Source: Bacilli bacterium (GTDB taxonomy: Bacteria > Bacillota_I > Bacilli_A > RF39 > UBA660). From it: DNA of 64,000 bases. The notes under the pieces were generated by a model, which was not told where the DNA came from, did not search any database, and saw only the letters and a list, made by a program, of their open reading frames with translations. The position numbers and the translations under genes were made by a program. The stretch spans positions 7,851 to 71,850 of the forward strand of contig JAEDNL010000001.1 in NCBI GenBank assembly GCA_016302505.1, read 5' to 3'. This document shows positions 50,952 through 60,719 of the stretch, in pieces (the stretch's first letter is position 1; every line of letters starts with the position of its first letter).

Positions 50952-53534
50952 ATGAAAGAAGTTTATAAAAAAAGTTTACAGGAGGTTTTTGAATATTACG
51001 AGAGTTTTGAAAAAGGACTATCTAGTAATGAAGCTTTAAATAGATTATATAAAAATGGAAAAAATAAGTTAAAAGAGCCAAAAAAACAGTCTCTTGTTTT
51101 GATGTTTTTGTCACAGTTTAAAGACACTATGGTTATTTTGCTTTTAATTGCTTCTTTATTTTCAGCAGTTATTTCATTTATTTCTCATGAGTCTTATGTT
51201 GATACGATTATCATTTTAGTAATTGTTTTTATTAATGCTATTTTGTCATTTATACAAGAAAAAAAGGCTGATGAGTCAATCAGTGAGTTAAATAAGATGT
51301 TTACAACTTTTTGTTATGTGTTAAGAGACGGCAAGAAGGTAAAAATTAATGCTGAAGATTTGGTTGCCGGCGATATTGTTGAGATAGAAGCTGGAGATTA
51401 TGTTGCTGCTGATGGAAGACTCATTCGTGAAAATGATTTAGCGATAAGTGAAGCGACATTAACTGGTGAATCTAAGGGAATAAAAAAAGAGGTTTGCGAT
51501 ATTTCGGAGACTACTGAACTATATGCTAGAAAGAATATGGTGTTTGCTGGCTGTAATGTTTTAAATGGTCATGCTTTTTATATAGTAACTGCAACTGGAA
51601 TGGATACTGAGCTTGGCTTAATTGCGGATAGTTTGATAAATAAAGAAAAGGACATAACGCCACTACAAAAGAGAATAAATCATTTGAGTAAAGTGTTATC
51701 TTATATAATTATTTTTATTATTCTTTTAATGATGATTGTTGGGTTTATTCTTAAAAATGATTTTGTTGATGTACTAATGTTATCAATTTCTTTAGCGGTT
51801 GCAGCTATTCCGGAGGGGCTTTCTTCAGTTATAACTATTATTCTATCTATTGGTATGACTAGCATGGCGAAGAAGAATGTTATTATTAGAAAGATAGCCA
51901 GTGTTGAAACGCTGGGGTCTGCAAATGTAATTTGTTCTGATAAAACGGGAACTATTACCCAAAATAAGATGGAAATTAAGTATTTGTTTTATGATAATGA
52001 AGAAAAGAGTGATGTATCTTCAGATAATGAATTAGTAAAATGTGCAGTGTTATGTAATAATGTTATTTGTTCTAATGGAAAATATTTGGGTGATGAGACC
52101 GAGATTGCTATTTATAAATATTTGGAAGGCAAACAAACTAGTGTAAGTGATTATGAAAGAGTATTAGAACATCCTTTTGATTCTGAGAGAAAAATGATGA
52201 GTGTTTTGGTTCGTCATGGTAAAGATTTGAAATTTTATACTAAGGGTAGTTTAGATTCGGTCTTAAAGAAGTGTAAGAGTTATTTATTAAATGGTAAAGT
52301 TTTAAAGCTTGATGATTCAGTAATTAAAAAGATAAAAGATGCTGAGGAAGAGGCAGCTCAAAAGTCACTTAGAATATTAGCGTTTGCATATTCGGTTGAT
52401 AATGCAGAAGAAGATATGATTTTTATTGGACTTATGGGAATGATGGATCCACCAAGAAATGATGTAGGTTTTGCCATAGATTCTTGTAAAAAGTTTGGAA
52501 TAAGACCAATTATGATTACGGGGGATAGTTTAAATACAGCTATTGCGATTGGTAAAACAGTTGGAATTATTAGTAATGATAAAGAAGCTATTTTAGGTAA
52601 GGATATTGATGATTTATGTGATGATGAGCTTGCGTTAGCGGTTAATAAGTATAGCGTTTATGCAAGAGTATCACCTAATACTAAGTTAAAAATTGTTAAT
52701 GAATTACAGAGAGAGAATAATGTTGTAGCAATGACGGGTGATGGAGTTAATGATGCTCCAGCTATCTTACAAGCTGATATTGGTATTGGTATGGGAATTA
52801 CTGGTACAGAGGTTGTAAAAAATGTTGCTGATTGTATTTTATTAGATGATTCATTTGCAACCATAGTTGATGGTGCAGTGGAAGGAAGAAGAATTACTAG
52901 TAATATTAAAAAAGTCATATTGTATTTGCTTGCGGGAAATATTATTGAAGTAATTTTAGTATTTGTTTCTATGATTATGAATGTTGAAATGTTTACGACA
53001 ATACAGCTTCTTTGGCTTAATTTAGTTACAGATTCAATTCCAGCGATAATGCTAGCTTATGAGAAAGATTATGATAATGATAATAGAGTATATATGCAAG
53101 GCAACTTTATGACACCATTTTTAGTTAGTAAAATATTTATTGGAGCATTTTTAAAATCAGTTTTGATGATGGGATTCTTTATTTATTATTCTAAGAGTCT
53201 TGGAGTAAATGCGGCAGGAAGTTTGATGTTCATATTCTTAATAGCTCATGAGTTATTGTTTGCTTTTAGTTGTAAAAATCCTAAAAGAAATGTGATAAAT
53301 AAGAGTTTTTTTGATAATAAGTATTTAAATATTGGAATGCTTATAATTCTTTTTGTTCAGATACTTATATTAACAACGCCGCTTTCTAAGTATTTTATTG
53401 TTACAGGATTGGGTTTAAAAAATATTTTAGTAGTAATATGTGCATCTTTAATAATGTTTTTGGTTGGTGAATTATTAAAACCAGTTTATAATAAATTTTT
53501 TAAAGATTATAGGGGTGATGTTAATGAAAAGTAG
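50952..53534 (+). CDS. Cation-translocating P-type ATPase (P2, Ca2+-type)
   Basis: CSDKTGTITQN, MITGDSLNTA, TGDGVNDAPAL, 10-TM layout. Start is ATG 50952. Confidence 0.88.
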   Translation: MKEVYKKSLQEVFEYYESFEKGLSSNEALNRLYKNGKNKLKEPKKQSLVLMFLSQFKDTMVILLLIASLFSAVISFISHESYVDTIIILVIVFINAILSFIQEKKADESISELNKMFTTFCYVLRDGKKVKINAEDLVAGDIVEIEAGDYVAADGRLIRENDLAISEATLTGESKGIKKEVCDISETTELYARKNMVFAGCNVLNGHAFYIVTATGMDTELGLIADSLINKEKDITPLQKRINHLSKVLSYIIIFIILLMMIVGFILKNDFVDVLMLSISLAVAAIPEGLSSVITIILSIGMTSMAKKNVIIRKIASVETLGSANVICSDKTGTITQNKMEIKYLFYDNEEKSDVSSDNELVKCAVLCNNVICSNGKYLGDETEIAIYKYLEGKQTSVSDYERVLEHPFDSERKMMSVLVRHGKDLKFYTKGSLDSVLKKCKSYLLNGKVLKLDDSVIKKIKDAEEEAAQKSLRILAFAYSVDNAEEDMIFIGLMGMMDPPRNDVGFAIDSCKKFGIRPIMITGDSLNTAIAIGKTVGIISNDKEAILGKDIDDLCDDELALAVNKYSVYARVSPNTKLKIVNELQRENNVVAMTGDGVNDAPAILQADIGIGMGITGTEVVKNVADCILLDDSFATIVDGAVEGRRITSNIKKVILYLLAGNIIEVILVFVSMIMNVEMFTTIQLLWLNLVTDSIPAIMLAYEKDYDNDNRVYMQGNFMTPFLVSKIFIGAFLKSVLMMGFFIYYSKSLGVNAAGSLMFIFLIAHELLFAFSCKNPKRNVINKSFFDNKYLNIGMLIILFVQILILTTPLSKYFIVTGLGLKNILVVICASLIMFLVGELLKPVYNKFFKDYRGDVNEK

Positions 53535-53886
53535 ACTTCGTGATTATTATATTATTACAGCAATGTTTATTTTAGGAGTGTTTATTGCTGGATCATTTAA
53601 GTTATTTTATGATAAGAAGAATGATGGGTATTATGCGACAGCGGTTAGAGATGTTGATAAAATGATTAGTGATATAAAACTGGATGGTAATGTTCTTACT
53701 TTTAATAGTAGTGCTAGTTATTATTGTTTAAAAAGTACTAAAAGTGATCCAAAAGAAACTTCAATTTGTTTTAAGAAAATAGAGGATAATCATGTTGAAG
53801 AAAAAGTAATTGTTAGTAAGCATTATTATTTGTGGATTATGGATGGTAAGGGGAATATTAGTAAGATGATAACACTTAAAAAATAA
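53515..53886 (+). CDS. Membrane-anchored hypothetical protein
   Basis: 123 aa with an N-terminal TM. It overlaps the ATPase stop, and the start is ambiguous (53515/53518/53524). Confidence 0.45.
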   Translation: MMLMKSRLRDYYIITAMFILGVFIAGSFKLFYDKKNDGYYATAVRDVDKMISDIKLDGNVLTFNSSASYYCLKSTKSDPKETSICFKKIEDNHVEEKVIVSKHYYLWIMDGKGNISKMITLKK

Positions 53887-53896
53887 GTGTTTTTTC
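53872..53896 (+). terminator. Terminator
   Basis: ACACTTA-AAAAA-TAAGTGT followed by T5. Confidence 0.55.
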
Positions 53897-53961
53897 TTTA
53901 GACAAATATCATTATATATGATAGAATATTTTATAGAAGTAAAGAAGGCAGTGATGATAAT

Positions 53962-54747
53962 ATGACAAAAGTTATATCTTTAGTTAATCAAAAGGGTGGA
54001 GTAGGTAAAACAACAACAAGTATTAATCTTGCGGCATCATTGGGTAAATTATGCATGAAAACTCTTATTATAGATTTGGATCCTCAGGGAAATGCAACAA
54101 CTGGACTTGGGGTTAATAAGGGAAATATTAATTATAGTGTTTATGATGTGCTTAATGGGTCTTGTGAGGTTAAGAAAGCAATTAGAAAGACTGGGTTTAC
54201 TAATTTATCAATTATTCCAGCAACAATAAATTTAGCTGGTATTGATATTGAGCTTATGGAAAAAGGTTATCAGGATGCACAGTTTAAGAAGAATGAGCAA
54301 CTTAGAAATGCACTTTTAGAAGTTAAAGAAAATTATGATTATATTATTATTGATTGTCCTCCTTCTTTAGGTTTACTTACAACTAATGCACTTGTTGCTA
54401 GTGATAGTGTTATTATACCAGTGCAATGTGAGTTTTTTGCTTTGGAAGGAATTACTCAGCTTTTAAATACGATTATAATGACTCAAACTAGGCTTAATCC
54501 AACGTTAAAAATAGAGGGAGTTTTATTGACATTATTAGATTCAAGAACTAATCTAGGGTTAGAGGTTGTTGAAGAAGTTAGAAAGTTTTTTAAAGATAAA
54601 GTTTTTAATACAATAATTCCTCGTTTAATTAGATTGGTAGAAGCGCCAAGTCATGGAGAACCTATAAATGAGTATGATCCAACTAGTAGAGCAGCTGAGG
54701 CTTATAGTAATTTAGCCAAGGAGGTTATTGAGAGAGATGGAAAATAA
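53962..54747 (+). CDS. soj: Chromosome partitioning ATPase ParA/Soj
   Basis: NQKGGVGKTTTSINLA, IIIDCPPSLG. Confidence 0.92.
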   Translation: MTKVISLVNQKGGVGKTTTSINLAASLGKLCMKTLIIDLDPQGNATTGLGVNKGNINYSVYDVLNGSCEVKKAIRKTGFTNLSIIPATINLAGIDIELMEKGYQDAQFKKNEQLRNALLEVKENYDYIIIDCPPSLGLLTTNALVASDSVIIPVQCEFFALEGITQLLNTIIMTQTRLNPTLKIEGVLLTLLDSRTNLGLEVVEEVRKFFKDKVFNTIIPRLIRLVEAPSHGEPINEYDPTSRAAEAYSNLAKEVIERDGK

Positions 54748-55624
54748 GAGAAAAGCTTTAGGAAAGGGATTAGAACAGCTATTTAATAGTGAACAAATTA
54801 ATTTTGATAAGATTGAGCAAAATATTGTTGAGTCTACAAGTGAAAATGATATTAAACATATTCCCGTTAGTGAAATTAGAAGTAATCCATATCAGCCAAG
54901 AGAACATTTTGATGAAGATGCTTTAAATGAACTTGCTGAATCAATTAAAGAACATGGGGTTATTGAACCAATAATTGTTAAGAAAAGTATTCACGGTTAT
55001 GAGTTAGTGGCTGGTGAAAGAAGAACAAAGGCTAGTGTAATTGCTGGAGTTAAGACGATTCCAGCTATCGTTAAAGATTTTACTGATGAACAAATGATGG
55101 ATATTGCTATTTTAGAGAATATTCAAAGAGAAGATTTGTCGCCAGTAGAGCTTGCCGTAGGTTTTCAAAACTATATAAATCATACTGGTTTGACTCAAGA
55201 TGAGATAGCTAAAAAGTTTGGAAAGAGTAGAAGTTATATTACGAATTTATTGGGATTACTTAGATTACCAAAGAGTGTAATAGAGCAGATTAATAGAGGA
55301 AAAATTTCTATGAGTCATGCGCGAGTTCTTTCTAAATTAGAAGATGACGATTTAATTTTAACGCTTGCGGAAAGAGTTGTTTCTGACGACATATCTGTAA
55401 GAGAGTTAGAAAAGTTATGTTCAATTGGGGCTATTTCAAAGAAGCAACCAATAACTAGAAATAAAGTAAAACCACTTAGATTTTCAATTTATGAAAGTGT
55501 TATGAGAGATAAAATTGGAACTAAGGTTCAAATTAATAAGAATAAAATCGTAATTCCTTTTGATAGTGAAGGAGATTTGGGAAGAATTTTAGAAATATTA
55601 AATATTGATGTGAGTGATGAATAG
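54728..55624 (+). CDS. spo0J: Chromosome partitioning protein ParB/Spo0J
   Basis: NPYQPREHFDE, LVAGERRTKAS, HTH LTQDEIAKKFGKSRSYITN. The alternative start is ATG 54737. Confidence 0.92.
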   Translation: MREMENKRKALGKGLEQLFNSEQINFDKIEQNIVESTSENDIKHIPVSEIRSNPYQPREHFDEDALNELAESIKEHGVIEPIIVKKSIHGYELVAGERRTKASVIAGVKTIPAIVKDFTDEQMMDIAILENIQREDLSPVELAVGFQNYINHTGLTQDEIAKKFGKSRSYITNLLGLLRLPKSVIEQINRGKISMSHARVLSKLEDDDLILTLAERVVSDDISVRELEKLCSIGAISKKQPITRNKVKPLRFSIYESVMRDKIGTKVQINKNKIVIPFDSEGDLGRILEILNIDVSDE

Positions 55625-56430
55625 TGGAAATAATTGAGTTTGCTGAATCTGTTAAATTTTATGGTCCAATAATTGTTATTTTAGGAGCAATATTTATTTA
55701 TAGTGTTATTTCTATTGTTTTAAATAAAGCGACTATTAGAGGTAAGACGGAGTATGAACGTAAAAAGAGAAAAACAGTAATTCTTTTATTTCAAAATATT
55801 ACTAAATACGTTTGTTTAATTTTTGCTATTTTGATGATTTTAAATATTTATGGGGTTAATACTTCTTCAATTATTGCTGGACTTGGAATAGCTAGTGTGG
55901 TAATTGGGTTAGCTTTACAAGATGCTCTTAAAGATATTATTTCAGGAATAAATATTATTATGGATAATTACTATGTTGTAGGTGATTATGTTAAATATGG
56001 AGATTTTACTGGGATAATTACATCTTTTGGTTTGAAAAGTACAAAAATCAAAGATTTTAATGGCAATGTTTTAAATATAGCGAATCGTTATATTGATAAA
56101 ATTATAAATATCAGTCAGGAAAGACACGTGATTTATTTAAGAGTACCAACTGCGTATGAAGCAAGTGAAGAAAAGGTAAAGAAAGTGCTTTTGAGTGTTT
56201 TAGAAAAATTAGGGAAACTAGCTGATGTTGATGGCAAGGAATGTAATTATTTAGGTATTGATGATCTTGGGGATTCAGCAGTTAAATATTTAATTACAAT
56301 AAAATGTAAACAAGGCAGTGAGTACCGAGTTAGGAGAGCTGCTCTTACTTTAATTAAGGAAGCTTATGATAAAAATAATATAAAGATTCCTTATAATCAG
56401 ATAGAGGTGCATAATGGAAGTAAAATATAA
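55624..56430 (+). CDS. Small-conductance mechanosensitive channel (MscS family)
   Basis: 3 TMs plus GDYVKYGDFTGIITSFGLKSTKIKDFNGNVLNIANR. Confidence 0.8.
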   Translation: MEIIEFAESVKFYGPIIVILGAIFIYSVISIVLNKATIRGKTEYERKKRKTVILLFQNITKYVCLIFAILMILNIYGVNTSSIIAGLGIASVVIGLALQDALKDIISGINIIMDNYYVVGDYVKYGDFTGIITSFGLKSTKIKDFNGNVLNIANRYIDKIINISQERHVIYLRVPTAYEASEEKVKKVLLSVLEKLGKLADVDGKECNYLGIDDLGDSAVKYLITIKCKQGSEYRVRRAALTLIKEAYDKNNIKIPYNQIEVHNGSKI

Positions 56431-56602
56431 AGTTGGAGATAAAGTAATAATGAAAAAACCTCATGCGTGTGGAACAAATGAGTGGGTTATTACAAGAAAT
56501 GGCGTAGATATTAAACTTAAATGTATTAACTGCAATCATGAAATAATGATGGATAGACTTGAGTTTGAAAAGAAACAAAGGAGAATAATTAATGAAAATT
56601 AA
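56414..56602 (+). CDS. DUF951 family protein
   Basis: YKVGDKVIMKKPHACGTNEWVITRNGVDIKLKCINCNH. This is the typical neighbour of soj-spo0J in Bacillota. Confidence 0.75.
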   Translation: MEVKYKVGDKVIMKKPHACGTNEWVITRNGVDIKLKCINCNHEIMMDRLEFEKKQRRIINEN

Positions 56603-58124
56603 GAGAAAATATCAGAAGGTTATGTTACATCCAATAATGACTTTTTGCTTACTAATTTTAGTGACAATTGTTTTAAGTGGAATATTATCATTATTTAATG
56701 CTAGTGCAACTTATAATAGAGTGTCTAATACAGGGACTTATGTAAAAGAATTAGTACATGTGGAGAACTTATTTAGTTTAAGAGGTTTAAAGTATATTTT
56801 TAGTAATGCGGTATCTAGTTTTGCATCTTTTACGCCGTTATCTATGTTAATTATAACTTTAATTGGTTTTGGGGTTATGGATAAAAGTGGATTTTTGGAT
56901 AGTTTTTTCTATGTGCTTACAAAGAGGGTAAGTAAAAAAGTTGTTACTTTTACATTATCACTTATTTGTATACTTGCTAGTATTGGTGGAGATTTAAGTT
57001 ATATTGTTTTAATTCCTTTGGCAGCGTTGCTTTTTAAGTATGGAAAGAGACATCCTAAAGCAGGTATTATATGCGCGTTTGCTAGTTTATCTTGTGGTAT
57101 TGGTATAAATATCTTTATGAATTCAATTGACTCGGCACTTCTTGGTTATACTGAACTTGCTGCTAGATTACTTTCTCCAGATTATAGCATTGGAACATTT
57201 TCTTATGTTTTGGTTATGTTAGTTGTAGCACTTATTCTTGCTGGTATTGTTACAAGCGTTACAGAGAGAGTGGTTGTTCCGAAGCTTGGCAAGTATGCTT
57301 TACTTGATGAAGAAGAAGATTATTTTACGAAAACTGAAAGAAAAGCATTAACCATTTCTTTAATTGCTGGGTTAATTTATCTATTAATATTTATTTATAA
57401 TATTATTCCTAATGCACCACTTGGTGGAAATCTACTTGATTATTCACAAGAATTATATATTGATAAGTTATTTGGTTATAATTCATTTTTCAATCATGGA
57501 TTTGTATTTGTTGTAACTTTATTATTTGTAATTTTGGGACTAGTGTATGGTGCTTATAATAAAACGATTAAGAATGTTAAAGATCTTTGTAATGGCTTTA
57601 GTTATTCTTTAGATTATATTGGTAAAGTATTAGTTTTAATATTTTTTGCTTCAGCTTTAATTTTTATATTTAAGAAGAGTAATATTGGTACTGTGGTAAC
57701 TGCTTATTTAGCTAGTATTATTAATAATGCTAATTTTACAGGGGTTCCTTTGATTCTACTTACATTATTTGTTAGTGCTATTTGTACTTTGGTTGTGCCT
57801 TCTAGTACATTAAAGTGGTCAATTTTAAGTGGTAGTGTGGTGCCTGCATTTATGAATGCGGGAATTAGTCCAGAATTTGCACAGCTTACATTTAGAGCAG
57901 GTGAATGTTTTACTTATGCTCTAACGCCGCTGATGGCTTATTTTGTAATTTATTTATCTTTTATGGAGTTATATAGTACATCTACTGACCGTGATGGTGT
58001 ATGGGGAAATATAAAGTATTTAATGCCTTATAGTGCTTATGCTAGCTTAATGTGGATAGTAATTATTGTTTTATGTTATTTGATTGGGTTACCTTTAGGA
58101 ATAGGTTCTAGTGTTGCATTATGA
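56592..58124 (+). CDS. AbgT-family transporter
   Basis: GGDLSYIVLIPLAALLFKYGKRHPKAGIICAFASLSCG parallels the AbgT core aSDaGyvvliPLgA..F...GRhPlAG..aaFAGvsgG. About 510 aa and multi-TM. Confidence 0.7.
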   Translation: MKIKRKYQKVMLHPIMTFCLLILVTIVLSGILSLFNASATYNRVSNTGTYVKELVHVENLFSLRGLKYIFSNAVSSFASFTPLSMLIITLIGFGVMDKSGFLDSFFYVLTKRVSKKVVTFTLSLICILASIGGDLSYIVLIPLAALLFKYGKRHPKAGIICAFASLSCGIGINIFMNSIDSALLGYTELAARLLSPDYSIGTFSYVLVMLVVALILAGIVTSVTERVVVPKLGKYALLDEEEDYFTKTERKALTISLIAGLIYLLIFIYNIIPNAPLGGNLLDYSQELYIDKLFGYNSFFNHGFVFVVTLLFVILGLVYGAYNKTIKNVKDLCNGFSYSLDYIGKVLVLIFFASALIFIFKKSNIGTVVTAYLASIINNANFTGVPLILLTLFVSAICTLVVPSSTLKWSILSGSVVPAFMNAGISPEFAQLTFRAGECFTYALTPLMAYFVIYLSFMELYSTSTDRDGVWGNIKYLMPYSAYASLMWIVIIVLCYLIGLPLGIGSSVAL

Positions 58125-58765
58125 TTTTAAAAGGATATATATTAATTTACGGTTATCTTCTTTTGATATTAGGAATATCTTCAATATGTTCTAAGGTATT
58201 TAAGTTAAGAACAATTTTTACAAAAAAGTTTATTCATATTAGTATTTCTTTTTGTTATGTTATTATGTATTATTATTTTGGAACTAGTATACATATAATT
58301 ATTCCGCCAATATCATTTATTATTATAAATATTTTGTCATATAAGTTTGGGTTATTTAAAGCGATGGAAGATGGTTCAGGCAATTTAGGAACAATTTATT
58401 ATCCGATAAGTGTGTTTATTATGGCTTTAATTACGCATTTTGTGCCTGATTTTTATCCGGCTTTTGGGATTGGCCTTTTTTGTATGGCGTTTGGAGATGG
58501 CTTTGCCCCTTTAGTATCTGGATTTTTGCGTTCTAGAAAAATATATAGTAATAAGACAGTTAGTGGGACAGCGACTGTGTTTGGATTTTCACTTATGGGG
58601 ATTTTAATTTTTAATTATATTTTTAAGTTAGAGTTTAGTGTTTTTGAAATGCTTGTTGTTAGTATAGTATCGGCACTACTGGAATTGTTTGATAAGAAGG
58701 GGTTAGATAATTTATTTGTGCCGCTTGGAGTTTCCTTGCTGGTGTATTTATTGGAAGTGATTTAA
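58121..58765 (+). CDS. Polyprenol/diacylglycerol-kinase-like membrane protein (CTP_transf_1 superfamily)
   Basis: CMAFGDGFAPLVSG motif and about 6 TMs. Confidence 0.5.
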   Translation: MILKGYILIYGYLLLILGISSICSKVFKLRTIFTKKFIHISISFCYVIMYYYFGTSIHIIIPPISFIIINILSYKFGLFKAMEDGSGNLGTIYYPISVFIMALITHFVPDFYPAFGIGLFCMAFGDGFAPLVSGFLRSRKIYSNKTVSGTATVFGFSLMGILIFNYIFKLEFSVFEMLVVSIVSALLELFDKKGLDNLFVPLGVSLLVYLLEVI

Positions 58766-59506
58766 ATGTATTTAGCTTTTTTATTACCATTAGTGTTTGC
58801 TTTTTTTGCTTTTATTAAGAAAAAAGTTACAATTCCAGGGATTATAGCAGCATATCTTATGGGAGTTATAATAACTTTTATTGGTGGAATTTATGCCTTT
58901 GTGGCGCTTGCGGGGACTTTCGTTTTAACAATATTAAGTGATAAATTAAAGAAGTCTAAAAGCGATGAAACAAGGACTTTATGGCAAATTATTTGTAATG
59001 TTTTTGTTGCTACTTTAACTTTAGTTTTCTTTAGAATATATAAAAATGATTGTTATTTGGCACTTTACTATGCGGTAATAGCCTCTAGTTTAGCCGATAC
59101 TTTGGCAAGTAGTATTGGTAGTTTATCTAAGAAAAAACCAATTAATATTAAAACTTTTAAAAGAGCGAGTACTGGAGAGAGTGGTGCTATTTCACTTTTA
59201 GGAATCGGAGCATCTTTAGCTGGCGGGCTTTTTATTGGCGGTGTTAGTTTTCTTTATTTTAAATCTTTTTATATACTGTTAGTTATAGCTTTTTTGGGAT
59301 TATTTGGCTCATTGGTTGATAGTTTTTTAGGTGCAACTATTCAAGGAAAGTTTAAATGTGTAGTTTGTAAAAAAGATACGGAAGAAAAGGTTCATTGTGG
59401 TAAATGTGCTAAGCTGATATATGGACTTAATTTTGTTGATAATAATATAGTTAATTTACTTAATAATATATTTGTATTTATGCTTGGTTATATTATTTTA
59501 ATTTAA
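58766..59506 (+). CDS. DUF92 (TMEM19-like) membrane protein
   Basis: SSLADTLASSIG, GESGAISLLG, LVDSFLGATIQG. Confidence 0.65.
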   Translation: MYLAFLLPLVFAFFAFIKKKVTIPGIIAAYLMGVIITFIGGIYAFVALAGTFVLTILSDKLKKSKSDETRTLWQIICNVFVATLTLVFFRIYKNDCYLALYYAVIASSLADTLASSIGSLSKKKPINIKTFKRASTGESGAISLLGIGASLAGGLFIGGVSFLYFKSFYILLVIAFLGLFGSLVDSFLGATIQGKFKCVVCKKDTEEKVHCGKCAKLIYGLNFVDNNIVNLLNNIFVFMLGYIILI

Positions 59507-59507
59507 A

Positions 59508-59543
59508 AGCAATTAGTTTTTGGGGACTAATTGCTCTTTTTTT
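59508..59543 (+). terminator. 10-bp-stem terminator after the DUF92 gene, overlapping the 3' end of srtB
   Basis: AGCAATTAGT-TTTTGGGG-ACTAATTGCT, then C and T7. Confidence 0.65.
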
Positions 59544-60372
59544 GAGTTTTTATTAGTTTAGCGTGCATAACAACTTTTTCTTCATCATTCCAACAGGTTG
59601 AAAGAGTAATAATTTTATCAGTACTATTTACTGGGGTATTAAAGTTATATGAACTTCGTTCAATTAATTTATTTGCAAAGTTTTGAAATTCTTCATCTGA
59701 AGAAAATTTGATTTGTAGGTAATCACTGGTTGTTGGAATTTTGTAGACACTAAACACTTCCCATAATGAGTTTTCTTGCTCCGTTGCTAGTTTTATAACA
59801 TAGTTATTACTGTCTTTGAACCATGAACTTTTTAAAATGTTTTTTAGGGTACCAAACATTGATGTGTTGCTTCGGCCATGGCCATAAATTATAGTATTCT
59901 TGTCAAATTCTTGTGGATTATTGCGATAATCCATGAAAATCCAGCCAGCGCCATTTGATGATTTGTCAAAGGAGTGATTTAGATAAAAGTCATTATCACT
60001 TGCTTGGACATAAGGATAATTGATGTTTGTACCATTAACTTGGATCCATCCTCGAACCTCTTTGTTGATTTGTTTTAGTTCGTTAAAATCGGCATCTATT
60101 AAGTTCATTTTTATAAAGTTCCAGTATGGGGCATTTTTATCTATGGTTATTGGCTGCTCAATGATTTCTGTGTTTTCATCATCGGTTACTTCTTCAATAA
60201 CTTTAATATTAGTGATAATTTCTGTCTGTTTATCGGTTTTCTTGTTGTCAATTGTCCATTTTAAGATGTTTACGATTGAAATTATAAATATTGCTGTACA
60301 TATTAAAATTATTAGTAAGATTGTTAGATTTCCCCATTTAATCTTTATTTTTCTTTTTTTCATATTATTCAC
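59527..60372 (-). CDS. srtB: Class B sortase
   Basis: N-terminal TM, NINYPYVQASDNDFYLNHSF, IIYGHG, TLSTCW (TLxTC). Confidence 0.85.
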   Translation of the reverse strand: MNNMKKRKIKIKWGNLTILLIILICTAIFIISIVNILKWTIDNKKTDKQTEIITNIKVIEEVTDDENTEIIEQPITIDKNAPYWNFIKMNLIDADFNELKQINKEVRGWIQVNGTNINYPYVQASDNDFYLNHSFDKSSNGAGWIFMDYRNNPQEFDKNTIIYGHGRSNTSMFGTLKNILKSSWFKDSNNYVIKLATEQENSLWEVFSVYKIPTTSDYLQIKFSSDEEFQNFANKLIERSSYNFNTPVNSTDKIITLSTCWNDEEKVVMHAKLIKTQKKSN

Positions 60373-60458
60373 TATTAGTATTATAACATTATTTTGAATT
60401 AATTTTAATTTAGTTTAACATTTTTTTGATTAATAATAAAATATATTAGATAGAAATT

Positions 60459-60719
60459 ATGGAGACTAAGTTAAATAATACCGCAAGTGTACTTGGGGAG
60501 TATGATGTTGTGCCTACTTCTGTAAATTCTGAGGTTTTAGTTGTTAGTTTAATTAGTGGATTAACTGTTACTAAGAGCGCTGATAAAATGGTTTGGGCTG
60601 ATGGAACTTTAACATTTACTATTGAGGTAAATAATCAAACTGAGAAAAGTTATACGGCCCCAGTTATTACAGATGTTTTGGATATAAATTTAGTAAGTTT
60701 TGTAGCTGGTAGTGCTTAA
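60459..60719 (+). pseudogene. Isolated fragment of a DUF11-repeat surface protein (no signal peptide, truncated)
   Basis: LTVTKSADKMVWADGTLTFTIEVNNQTEKSYTAPVITDVLDINLVSFVAGS is one DUF11 repeat. The frame stops at 60719, where the coding signal switches to the opposite strand. Confidence 0.55.

Noticed and set aside
53962-56602. parS site (TGTTNCACGTGAAACA) expected in or near spo0J
   Set aside because: The only CACGTG core I saw (about 56126) has non-matching flanks. No convincing parS can be called by eye. A computational scan allowing 2-3 mismatches would be needed.
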